Shown piece by piece: positions 1 through 11,093 of a stretch of DNA of 56,728 bases. Location of the stretch: positions 1 through 56,728 of the forward strand of contig NIVC01001083.1 of the NCBI GenBank assembly GCA_002269645.1, in the 5' to 3' direction. This stretch comes from Macrostomum lignano (taxonomy: Eukaryota). The first letter of the stretch is position 1. Every line of letters starts with the position of its first letter. The notes under the pieces were generated by a model. It did no database searches and was not told the DNA's origin. It saw nothing but the letters and a program-made list of their open reading frames with translations. Position numbers and translations under genes: made by a program.

Positions 1-1149
1 CATATGGCTCGACCCTCCACCTTGGTCTCCATTAACAGACCATCGTCCGTTGTGAGGAGGCAAGACGGAGCGTCAAGAACGACGGGAAGCGCGCCGCACC
101 CGGAGCTGGGGCTCCGGCTCCGCCGGCCAAGCGGCAACAGCAACCTGATCCCGAGCCTAACAAGGCACTTCGTGCTGCTGATTCTGCCTCGTGCGGACGT
201 AGACCCGTCCGCGCGTAGTCGGCGGTCAGGACTAATTCAGCACGCCTTTAACGAAGCTCAGTCTCTGAGACTTCACCTCTAGTGGACTCGTGCCCCTTGT
301 TAAACTGCTCAAAGCCAGCCAAAGGAACTGGACTGCGGCCCGGCTCGCCATCCAACAGTGAATCGCCACAGGTGGAGGATGCTGTCGGCCGAGCCAGACT
401 CCTGACGGCGGGGTGCTGAGGAAAAAGCCGGTGCAGTGCGGCCAGGTGTCTCACCTGCCGCGGGCGCCGCGTCCACCTCCGCGGCTGGGGAGGCGGCTGA
501 GCCTTAGCCAATGGAAATTGGCGACTCAACTCTTACGGATGAAACTGAGACGAGCCGTTTTTTGCCTTCCCTTGAGAGTAGACATGACTGTCTTTCAGGG
601 AATTCACTGCTTGCAGGTCAACCTGCAGCACAGGTTTGCTGCTTCAGTCAATCTTATGAAGCACATTGACTTAAATGCACCACGGATCATCCTGCACCCG
701 GGAGGTAAATATGGCACCAAGATCCTGTATCATATTGTCAAGCTCAATAACGCATGGCTCAGATCGGAACTGTCCACCAGGGACATATGTGTCATCCAAT
801 CTGAAGACATACTTCCTGGGAGGACTACACTCATCGCCTCGGTTTGCCTACCGGGCAACGGCGAAATGATTTAAGAAGAGCTTGTCACACTGGTCGAGCT
901 TTGCTTCACCAGTAAAATCCGACCGTCGAAAATTGGCAACTTTTGCAACCTCGAAAACGAAGACGCCAAACACTTCGTCTGCTACTGGCCAGATTTAAAT
1001 CGAGACCAGATAAACTATAATTACCTCGGGCTCAACCCGTCCAGGGACGACGCTTGCCGGACCGAGAATATCACACGACTCATTCGGTTTCTCCAGGCTA
1101 CCAAACGAGTCTCCGTCTTTTCCAACGAAGACCACGCTGCACGTTAAAG
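1..1149 (+). mobile_element. Degenerate non-LTR retrotransposon remnant (R1/LOA-like): ORF1-like tail then AP-endonuclease-like region with an in-frame stop
   Basis: Frame of ORF 413..874 gives IHCLQVNLQHRFAASVNL...LSTRDICVIQ...TTLIASVCLP, stop at 872-874, then EELVTLVELCF...SNEDH. This resembles from memory the N-terminal LQ(I/V)NL(Q/H)H..AAS, middle ASVYLP and terminal SDH motifs of R1/LOA endonucleases. Catalytic motifs are decayed. Confidence 0.45.
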
Positions 1150-1287
1150 CGTTGCTTTCATTTTCCTGGTCAATGATATTCCCAAAAAGCTCTTGAACAT
1201 ATAAAGAAGAAAAAAAACTTTCGCAACAAGGAACCAGAAGTATGCTGGCAATTCTGAACTGTCAAATATTAACAACTTTGGACTTAC

Positions 1288-1688
1288 TGCCTGTGGATCG
1301 CTTTGTGTACGTGCCGAACACCTGAACTTCGCATAGGGTCAGGTAGGTCCTCTTGCGACTGAAGATCTTCACGATCCTGCCTACTCTGTTGCATCTGAAC
1401 GTCTTCACCTTGAAGACGCTGCGAGAGTTATAAGAGGCGCACGCGTGACCGTCCACCGTGACCACAAAGTTTGTGAGTCGATTAGAACAGCAGTCGAGTC
1501 TGTTGAAGATCTTGATCTCCTTGATGTGAGCCAGCTTCTGAGTCTTGGCCATCCACCAGCCCTTCTGCAGCTTCGTGTGAGTGCACGAGTATCCCCAGTA
1601 GTACTGGTTGGTGTTTCCGTCGATGGCTCTGCTGCAGACGCCGCTCAGCCGACAGAGCTCTGAGAGCAATGGCTCAGAGGCAGCATAT
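1288..1688 (-). pseudogene. Lectin exon 6: domain C' with a 1-bp deletion at ~1646 creating TGA (1647-1645); real lesion or sequence error
   Basis: Copy C reads gccgctccagccg, copy C' reads gccgctcagccg. The rest of the domain is intact in the shifted frame. Donor gtaagt at 1287-1282; read-through stop at 1262. Confidence 0.75.
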
Positions 1689-2669
1689 CTGCAACCGTTG
1701 CATGTTAGATATGTAGGACTAAATGTCTGATGACTGACAAGCGGCAAATTGAGTACATGTACTAAAAGAAAGAAATGAGCGTCTTCGAGACTGACCGGCT
1801 CTCTTCTTTTGCTTGATGTACTCTCCGAACACTTCGACCTCGCACAGAGTGAGCCACTTCTTCAGATTGGTCCTGATGATGACATTCTGACCGACCTTGT
1901 CGCACTTGAATCTCTTCACTGAGAAGAACGTGCTGGACCTGTGTCTGGCGCACACCTGTCCGTCCACGATGATGTCGAAGTTGTTGAGTCGGTTGGAGCA
2001 ACAATCGAGTCTGTTGTAGATGACGACCTCCTTGATGCGAGCGGGTCTGGTAAAGCTTCCTTGCCAGAATCCGCTAGGGGATTTAGTGTGGCTGCAAGAG
2101 TGCTTCCAGTAGCTCTGGCTTTTGTTACCGTCCATGGCTCGCTTGCAGACTCCGTTCCAGCCCGTCGAGGTCTGGAAGCACTTGTTGAAGCTCAGCTTGT
2201 CTGTGGATTCAGTTCAGTTGGTTAGTTCTTACGTGCTGTATTTAAGTGAAAACCTTTAGCAGCAAGAAACTTACTTCGGGGCGTCAAAATCTTACGAAAA
2301 TTTTCGTTTTAGGTACTCGTGCTAAAATTTACGTATTTGTGGTACGTCTTCATAGTGGTAGGTGTGGTGTTTTAGTTTTTGACTTATGGTTACGATTCGT
2401 TTAAAAGGTTGAGTCTTTTTGGCACTAACTTTATAAGTAAGTTTTTGACTGGACGCTTGGAGGGCTAAGAGACAGCAATACTCGTATAATAGCTGGTATC
2501 AGATCTGATTCTCTACTCTGTGTCAGTACTGTTACACTAGACCGACGTTCGATGATAGATGATATGACGTCGTTATTGGTCAGCGTGATATAAAATAGTC
2601 ATTTGCCAACGACGCCCATTGATGTCGAGCAGATCACATACGTCAGCGGGCGTTGAAATATTGCATGGG

Positions 2670-2713
<44 letters not shown>

Positions 2714-5068
2714 AGGGAAGGGGGGAGAAAGAGAGAGATATCGAGCGAGTATGAGCAATGACGAGTATTTGCTATTGATAAGCAACGCAGGAGTCTTAGG
2801 GCATTGCATTCATTTTCATGCTCGAAACAATGCCTAAAAAGCAGTCGAATAAAATAAGGAGAAAACAACAACAAAAACAAAAACAACAAGGTACTGCTCC
2901 GCCGGCCACGCAGTAGCCAGAAAGGGGGAGCAGTCAGAAAACGCGTCTCTGGGCCATCGCCCTCAAGAAGTCGCCTCCTGCACGTCTTCGCAAGTCTGCA
3001 CGTTTGCTTGACCCGGCCCCTATCCAATCGGTTCTGCCAGGTGGCGCTGGAGACCGTGAGGCCCAATTAGTCCGGGCCCCAGCTGTACCAGGAAGCGCGT
3101 TTAGGAGAAAAGCAAAAAATCGTCACAAAGAATCAGAAGTACATGTATGCTGGCAATTGTAAAACGTCCAATATAAACAGCATTACACCCGCGTTGCAGT
3201 TGTTATACGAGTAATAGCTTTTATACGGGACAATTAAGCCTGGCCATGCTGTCGTAAAACAAAAAAGACTTCTCTACTTACTGCCTGTGGATCGCTTCGT
3301 GTACGAGCCGAACACCTGAACTTCGCATAGGGTCAGGTAGGTCCTCTTGCGACTGCTGATCTTCACGATCCTGCCTACTCTGTTGCACCTGAACGTCTTC
3401 ACCCTGAAGACGCTGCGAGAGTTGTACGAGACGCACGCGTGACCGTCCACCGTGACAACAAAGTTTGTGAGTCGATTAGAACAGCAGTCGAGTCTGTTGA
3501 AGATCTTGATCTCCTTGATGTGAGCCAGCTTCTGAGTCTTGGCCATCCACCAGCCCTTCTGCAGCTTCGTGTGAGTGCACGAGTATCCCCAGTAGTACTG
3601 GTTGGTGTTTCCGTCGATGGCTCTGCTGCAGACGCCGCTCCAGCCGACAGAGCTCTGAGAGCAATGGCTCAGAGGCAGCATATCTGCAACCGTTGCATGT
3701 TAGATATTTAAGACTAAATGTCTGATGACTGACAAGCAGCAAATTGAGTACATGTACTAAAAGAAAGAAATGAGCGTCTTCGAGACTGACCGGCTCTCTT
3801 CTTTTGCTTGATGTACTCTCCGAACACTTCGACCTCGCACAGAGTGAGCCACTTCTTCAGATTGGTCCTGATGATGACATTCTGACCGACCTTGTCGCAC
3901 TTGAATCTCTTCACTGAGAAGAACGTGCTGGACCTGTGTCTGGCGCACACCTGTCCGTCCACGATGATGTCGAAGTTGTTGAGTCGGTTGGAGCAACAGT
4001 CGAGCCTGTTGTAGATAACGACCTCCTTGATGCGAGCGGGTCTGGTAAAGCTTCCTTGCCAGAATCCGCTAGGGGATTTAGTGTGGCTGCAAGAGTGCTT
4101 CCAGTAGCTCTGGCTTTTGTTTCCGTCCATGGCTCGCTTGCAGACTCCGTTCCAGCCCGTCGAGGTCTGGAAGCACTTGTTGAAGCTTAGTTTTCCTGGG
4201 AATTGGTTTTGATATTTTAACTTAGTTACCCAATTTTTACATGTACTTGTACTCTTTTACATGTATTTTTACATGTTTCTTGTACTCTTTGTGGGTCTTT
4301 CTGGTCGCAGTCATTCGCTCACAGTATAAATTAAGTTACAAGAAATTCTCAAAGCCCAAATTTGAAATAGGTCACTTGATTTGCGCAACCTACGTCCGCT
4401 TCTGCGTGTTGTGTACGCGCCGAAGACCTGAACTTCGCAGAGAGTTAAATAGGTTCTCGCTCGACTTCGGATCATCACGGAGCGACCGACGCGGTTGCAG
4501 TGGAATGTCTTCACACTGAAGGCGCTGCGAGAATGGTATGAAGCACACTGATGGCCATCCACCATCACCACAAAGTTTGTGAGTCGGTTGGCGCAACAGT
4601 CAGCTCTGTTATAGATTTTAATCTGTCTGATGTGAGCCAGCTTCTGAGTCTTGGCCACCCACCAGCCGTGTTCAAGCTTCGTGTGAGTACACGAGTGTCC
4701 CCAGTAGTTCCGGTTGGTGTTTCCGTCGATGGCTCTGCCGCAAACGCCTTTCCAGCCAACGGAGCTCTGAGAGCAATGGCTAAGCTTCAGCATGCCTGAA
4801 AATATTTTCAGACATGTTAGTTATATTTGAATGTATAAAACCGTTCATTCGTAGGCATACGTTGAATGTGAAGTCAGTAATTCATGACTCATGCTACAGC
4901 TCATGCTTTCGGACTCGCTTTTTTGACAGTGTTTCTCTGTATGTTATAAAGAAATAAACGAATCAAAATTTAGGAGATAAACTTACTGTAGGCAGTTACA
5001 GCCTGGAATAGCATCAAAAACAGAAGCCATTGATGGCAAGCCACTTGAAAAGTCGGCCTGCTGATCAT
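1288..5068 (-). CDS. Secreted tandem F-type lectin (fucolectin/FTP domain) gene; exons 5068-4987, 4795-4394, 4195-3791, 3683-3282, 2200-1796, 1688-1288
   Basis: Each domain has the AIDG/AMDG Ca motif, SCTHT/SCSHT, NRxDCCxNRL (H-X25-R-X-D-X4-R, close to the F-type H-X26-RXD-X4-R motif) and LTLCEV.VFG. All introns are GT-AG and phase 1. The 3' end is uncertain: 3 domains if the stop at 3274 is used, 5 if the donor at 3281 is used. Confidence 0.9.
1796..2200 (-). CDS. Lectin exon 5: domain B' (duplicate of B)
   Basis: 405 nt like B, acceptor ccacag, donor gtcagt; identical peptide apart from the junction codon. Confidence 0.8.
2674..2712. repeat. (GA)n microsatellite
   Basis: Direct read. Confidence 0.95.
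3282..3683 (-). CDS. Lectin exon 4: F-type lectin domain C
   Basis: Acceptor ttgcag; donor gtaagt at 3281-3276 overlaps read-through AGT AAG TAG (stop 3276-3274). Confidence 0.9.
3791..4195 (-). CDS. Lectin exon 3: F-type lectin domain B
   Basis: Acceptor ttcccag, donor gtcagt; KLSFNKCFQTSTGWNGVCKRAMDG...NRLDCCSNRL...LTLCEVEVFG. Confidence 0.9.
4394..4795 (-). CDS. Lectin exon 2: F-type lectin domain A
   Basis: Acceptor tttcag, donor gtaggt; LSHCSQSSVGWKGVCGRAIDG...NRADCCANRL...LTLCEVQVFG. Confidence 0.9.
4987..5068 (-). CDS. Lectin exon 1: signal peptide MISRPTFQVACHQWLLFLMLFQAVTAY
   Basis: ATG at 5068, hydrophobic core ending in VTA, donor gtaagt at 4986-4981, phase 1 matching the acceptor before 4795. 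Confidence 0.8.
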
Positions 5069-6439
5069 GGTGAACCGTTAGAATCCCTTTTCCAGCCTTT
5101 TTACCGCTCGATTCGATCTAAAAGGGTTTTGTCTACGAATTTCGTATCAGCTCAGCTCAACCGTTGGAGATCGGTTGGCGGATTCTCGCCTTCATAAATA
5201 CAAGAGGCGCCCTCTCGCCCCCGCAGTTTTGTTGAGCAAACAGCTTTTTCATTGGCAACTCCCTGACTGTGGGAGCTCCAGCTGGATATCGGCTGTTCTG
5301 CTTTCCAGGTGACGCTTATTCCAAAATCGAAAAAAATACTGTCGAAGCAGAAAACTGAAAGATGTTCTTGAGTTGAGAAAATTTTCTGTAAAATTTTATT
5401 TCTCACAAGCGGAGCGGTTAACAGTCAGATCAGACTAGCTATCGGACAACTGAGCTGTAAAAGTTGGTTCTCAATCTTGTCCCTCAATTCTTTATTCGCA
5501 GATATTGATTTTGATTCGTTGGGAAGATCGAGAGGTTTTGTATAGAAGCAACGGAGTGCAATTCTCTGTAGTCACTGTGTCTGTGTGTCGAGTCCAAACT
5601 TCCATGCCAAGCTTCATGCCAAAGAGTGGCGAATCTCTGCCACTCTCCACTCTTCTTACTGACATGAGCAACTGCAGAAGAACGCCCACATATGCATAAG
5701 TTTTCAGCTATTTTTCTGGATATTTTATGGACAATAGCAATCTTTTTAAATTCTTGAAATGACTTACAGCTGAAAAGAGGGCCCGTGTGGCATCTGGAAG
5801 GGACGCGGCTAAATGAGTTAGTAGAAGTTAAAGATTTCTGGGGGCGATTGTCGAAGCGATTTTCAGTTTAGTGGCAGCAATTGAATGGCTTTGAAACTTT
5901 CCTAAGCTGAGATCGATCAATGCGTCGAAATCTTTTTGAATTTTATATCTCCTAATATCTTAGCTTTGACTGCCAGCAAGGAAGACTTCAGAAGCCGCGA
6001 ATTCGCTTCAATTAAGCATGACACAATTACTCCTATTTTAGCTCAGCTGGAAATCAGTTAGACCCTGCGGCAATTATTTTGTTGTGTACTCTAAAATTCT
6101 AGTTTTAAGTGGCAAGTCTTTCAATCTAACATAGTATATACATAGACTTTTTGTTTCTCGCTGAAAATAGTGACAGCGATCAGTGAACAGGAAATGCTCA
6201 AGAAAACAATGCCTAGAATTCTATTCTATTTTCTGTGGTGTGAACAGCGTAGTGTACCAAATTCTGTACCTGGTCCAGTCTACATATGTACGGAAACATC
6301 TTTATAACACACGGAAGTAAACGTGTTAGACAGATACTACGTGTAGTGCATTTATTGCCTTAATTTTATGTTCAGCGCGCATCGGGGTCTTGATTAATGA
6401 CGAGCTAGCGTTATTAGATACAGTTTCCACCTGAAAGTC

Positions 6440-7330
6440 CCAGGAAGTTCAGACATACATGTAGAGCCAAGATTGGTCGCTCGCCCTCGTAGCCCTTTGG
6501 TAGCGGAGAAGCTGGCAGAGATTCTCGGGCCCAGGTAAGTGCAGAGTCTTCCGAGTAAAGTTGAGGTGCAGTCAGTCACGCACAAGTGTTAGCTGCATTC
6601 TCAACACAGCTAGTAGTTGCAGCGCTGGCAATGGATACCTCTCTGGAGGTAATCTCTTTGGAGCTGAACTGCGTACCGTGGCGCTAGAATAATCGTGCTA
6701 ACAACACCGATTTGCAACAAAATAATGTAGGAAATATAGGAATTCTTGGCCCTTGACATTCATTGAACCCAAGGTAAAACTGCGCTATCAGTAAAGGCGT
6801 GACCTCTGGTATGCCTTAATTTGAATGCCATTTAGGCTTTAATGGTGCTCCATGTGTACAATGTGCCAGAGGTTGGATTTCACCGCCGACGGCGATGCAC
6901 CATGACAAAAATTATGGCGGTTATTTCAACACTTGACGGCCTATCGGACTTCTTCGAGACATCATTTGTGTTGTGTTCCTGTTAGTCCTGCATGGTACTT
7001 AACGGGGTGCTATGGAATGGAATGCTCTTCCAACCAACGAAGACCGTTGCGGAGGGTCTCGTCTGGACAAGCTGGTTGCTGCAGCGAGTTGTTAGCCTGA
7101 AGCTATAAGCCCCGCGGTATGCCAGACTCCACGGAGGCTGCGATTTAATGCCCATGGGCAATGATGTACACGGGCGACACAATTTTCCCAATCTACAGTT
7201 CGTCTACATTTACCTCGAAGGTCTGATTCCCAAATCCGCGCAAGGATCCGCGGAGTCGCTGTGGGCTTATCTGAGTTGCATTCGTTTCGTGAGCACGGGG
7301 CATGCAGTCGTGAGGCGTTACTTCAGGTGA
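6440..7330 (+). mobile_element. Highly decayed DIRS/Ngaro-like (tyrosine-recombinase) retroelement remnant
   Basis: Interrupted frames give LAMDTSLEVISLELNCVPWR*NNRAN...LGP*HSL...GWISPP...VPVSPAWY, resembling DIRS RNase H from memory, then AYLSCIRFVSTGHAVVRRYF, resembling a recombinase N-terminal SAM-like segment. Many stops and frameshifts. Confidence 0.35.
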
Positions 7331-8951
7331 TGGTTGAGATCGTCCCGATTCACAACACAATAAACGTCAAGTACGAGTAAGCTGCCATACAGGACAGATG
7401 GTGCATGAGGTGCAGGCAGCTCTCTTCTGCTCTCGAAAGTTTTGAAATTGTTTCGCTAGTCCGTACAAGAAGGATCGTACTTTACTAAGTGTAAATATAC
7501 GCTCCTATAATATTCAATAGGTAACTATTAAGCATGGTCTAGGCTAAATCGATATGCAGATCCTAAGTGCCTATAATAGACTATCTACAATATCCACAGT
7601 TCGATCTGCAGCTGTTGTGAAAGGCTCAGAAATGCCAGCTTAACTGGAAAGAAAAATGGATATAAAAATATTTAATATTTAAAGAAATTTTATAGAAATG
7701 AAAAACATTTTTTTACAAACTATATAGTCTCTATAAGCTTTTGAATGCGACGAAATTGCCAAATCAGCAGCTCTGCGAGTGTAGCGGTGAAAAAAGCTTT
7801 TAATTGCATAGACCTATGTTATTAAGTTACAAGATAATTTTTTTTATTACAATTACCAGTGCCTTTTTTATCCGTTCAAATTAAACCCGTAAAAAATAAC
7901 GGTATGAATGGCGTTGACATAAAAGAAATATTAATATTAATAGATTTATTAAAATAGCAATTAAGGCATTGCAATAACAAGGGTTAGCGGGCTTTAGTTG
8001 TACATTAAAATACGACTGTATCAAAGGAAACAAAAATATATTTTTTATGCTGAGTTTACACTTTCTGTTAATTTAACTAGGGAGTGGATTAAAACAAAAA
8101 AAACTGCACAAGGAGGTTTGAAGCAGAGTTCCAGGGTGGAGGAGCATTATAAAATTAAAGAAGCCAAACGAAGCGGAGAGCGGAGTTGTACCAAAAGCAA
8201 CAAAAACAGTGACCAGTGCGTGTCCGGGTCATTGAAAAAACGGTAAGTCAACGAAGATTACTCTTACAAAAATTATAACAAAAAATTGAATTTCTCTTGG
8301 ATTTTATAATCAATTATTAATCCTATATAATCTTTAGTTCGTTTGTAATCGTACAAGCAAAATATGAAGGTGAAAAAACGGTTGTAAAACACCACCACCA
8401 TTTTCTGCTCTTTCCAAACTTGCTCGCTTCAACCGAGTGCATGCAATCAGAATTAGAGATTCAAAATAAATTACAAATAAAGGACACGATGCACTTCGAA
8501 AAAGGCATAAGTCCCTGTAAAACAAGAAAATAATACTATAAGGTTAAGGCGAAATGGTTAGTGTTAGTTGAAAAATCTACACAAACTTTGACGAATAGAT
8601 TTAAAGAGTTACATTAATATTGTTTGACTATTTTTAGCGCAGATATGAGCTTACTTAATATGCAATAAATACTAACAATTTGATAGTTCATAGCAAGTTC
8701 TAACACTCAACATATTGGCTAACTTTGCTCGCGCTAAATACGTAAATACGTAAGCTATACTTGACCGCCACGAACAATAATACGCGTACGTGTTTCTAAT
8801 AATAGCGTTATTAATGATAATACGAGCTAAAAAAAATAAAACAGGCTTTATACATTGCAGGAAAAAAGCAAGTTAAGTTAGTTATAAACGAAAATGTTTA
8901 AGCAGAACCGTTGGGTTTAAATATAATTTGTTTGTCTGATATCCAATCAAA

Positions 8952-9095
8952 TCACACCGGCCGAACAATGCCGTTGTTATTTGTTCGTTTCAGACGATCG
9001 ATAACTCGAATTAGGGACACATTGTCCGCTCGAAGCTTGCTGTTCTCAAGGCGGAGACGAGAGTTTTCCACCTCGGCTGATGCTGCGGTTGCCAA
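8952..9095 (-). CDS. MYPT1: MYPT alternative terminal exon LZ-B (second leucine zipper)
   Basis: ttttag|LATAASAEVENSRLRLENSKLRADNVSLIRVIDRLKRTNNNGIVRPV*; phase 0 matches the donor at 11137; four Leu heptads. Confidence 0.8.
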   Translation of the reverse strand: MATAASAEVENSRLRLENSKLRADNVSLIRVIDRLKRTNNNGIVRPV

Positions 9096-10131
9096 CTAAA
9101 ATATGTGATATTAAATATCTGTATGTAGATAACAAACTGAAATTTATAAATGCTTATTAAATCATTAAACCGTGGATAGGTAGCAACTTGATAAGCAAAA
9201 AATGCAAGCTTTGGATTTTTAGATTTACTTTTATTTTTTTATTTTCAAGTTCCGATAAATAAAATATCAAATCAAGTTATTCAACTATTTGAATAATCTA
9301 ACGATTTAATGGTTTATAGTTAAAATTAATAGTACAAAAAATTATTGAAAAAAACTGTTCGCGAAAATTCTAACTAGATTACGTATTAATAACAATAGTC
9401 TTGAAATATTAAGAATCACTAATTTAATATAATATATATAATAATATAATTGTTTCATATTTAAACTGCATCTATAGTTTTATATAATGTATAAAAATAT
9501 TAAAATATTAGCATATTTAGATAATGATGAAGAAATGATGGAAAATTATAATTATTTTCTATCATTATGATTTATTCATGCAATGCCAATTATTGGTTGA
9601 TAATGAAGGGTCAACTATAAAACTGAAAATCATGTTGTATACGATAAAATTGAATATATAATTTATTATATATGCATAAATGTCACCACAAATCACTAAC
9701 AAAACTACTAATTATCAGTATGAAGCAATACTGCAAAATTGCATTCCATTTCCAACTAACAAAACATACTTGCATGCGAAAACGCTGCTTACTACTTAAA
9801 CGAGTAGCCTAGTCGAGCCGACTTGAATTGCTCCGTTTTCGATTGCCGAATAAGCGAAATTTTCTTTTCTTATAACTATTTTAATTAGTTTGATTCAATC
9901 AAGAGAAAGAACTATGAATTTAAGATTGTACCAGAGCGAGAATAATGAAAAATTATCGATGAAAATTAATTGATAAAACTTCTGGCCACCGATTGCTGAT
10001 AGATTTGAGTTGGTCAAAAAAGCAGACACTAAAAAAGAATAAACGAACTGGAGCACAAAGACTCAGACGAAACTGTGAATACAAAGAGTTGAAAGCGGGA
10101 AACAGAAGAAAGAGTCCTTGTGCATCCTTAA

Positions 10132-10230
10132 TTATCGATTTTGTTGCCGCGATAGCCGAGCCACCACTCGAGCTAAGGCTCGGTTCTCAGCTTTAAGTTT
10201 CTCGTTCTCTCTCATGACCTGCTCCAGCGA
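10132..10230 (-). CDS. MYPT1: MYPT terminal exon LZ-A (leucine zipper)
   Basis: ccgcag|[32 protein letters not shown]; compare vertebrate LKDENGALIRVISKLSK. Confidence 0.88.
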   Translation of the reverse strand, partial: SLEQVMRENEKLKAENRALARVVARLSRQQNR

Positions 10231-10472
10231 CTGCGGATCGGGGCGGTGCGTTAAGGCAGTGGGGTTCGGGCGTGAGTGGCCTGGCTTCAACTTTTAATAA
10301 CAATGTACACGTAAATGTAACCATGTGACGTTTGTACGTTTTAAAATTAGTGACAATAGCTACGTGTGTTAGGAACAGTTAGACAAGTATATCAACAAAT
10401 AGCATAATGGTAACGGACATATATTATACTGCCAAATCGGACAGATCAGCATCAAAGCATAGACAGACAGCC

Positions 10473-10533
<61 letters not shown>

Positions 10534-10540
10534 GGCAAGC

Positions 10541-10601
<61 letters not shown>

Positions 10602-10616
10602 GGCACTAAGACACTA

Positions 10617-10701
<85 letters not shown>

Positions 10702-10744
10702 GGCAAGCAGGCAGACAGACAGACAGACAGACAGGCAAGCAGGC

Positions 10745-10777
<33 letters not shown>

Positions 10778-10793
10778 TAAACGCGGAACGCAC

Positions 10794-10848
<55 letters not shown>

Positions 10849-10864
10849 TAAACGCGGAACGCAC

Positions 10865-10959
<95 letters not shown>

Positions 10960-10974
10960 GGCAAGCAGGCAGAC

Positions 10975-11018
<44 letters not shown>

Positions 11019-11056
11019 GACATAAACGCGGAACGCACACAGACAGACAGACAGGC

Positions 11057-11093
<37 letters not shown>

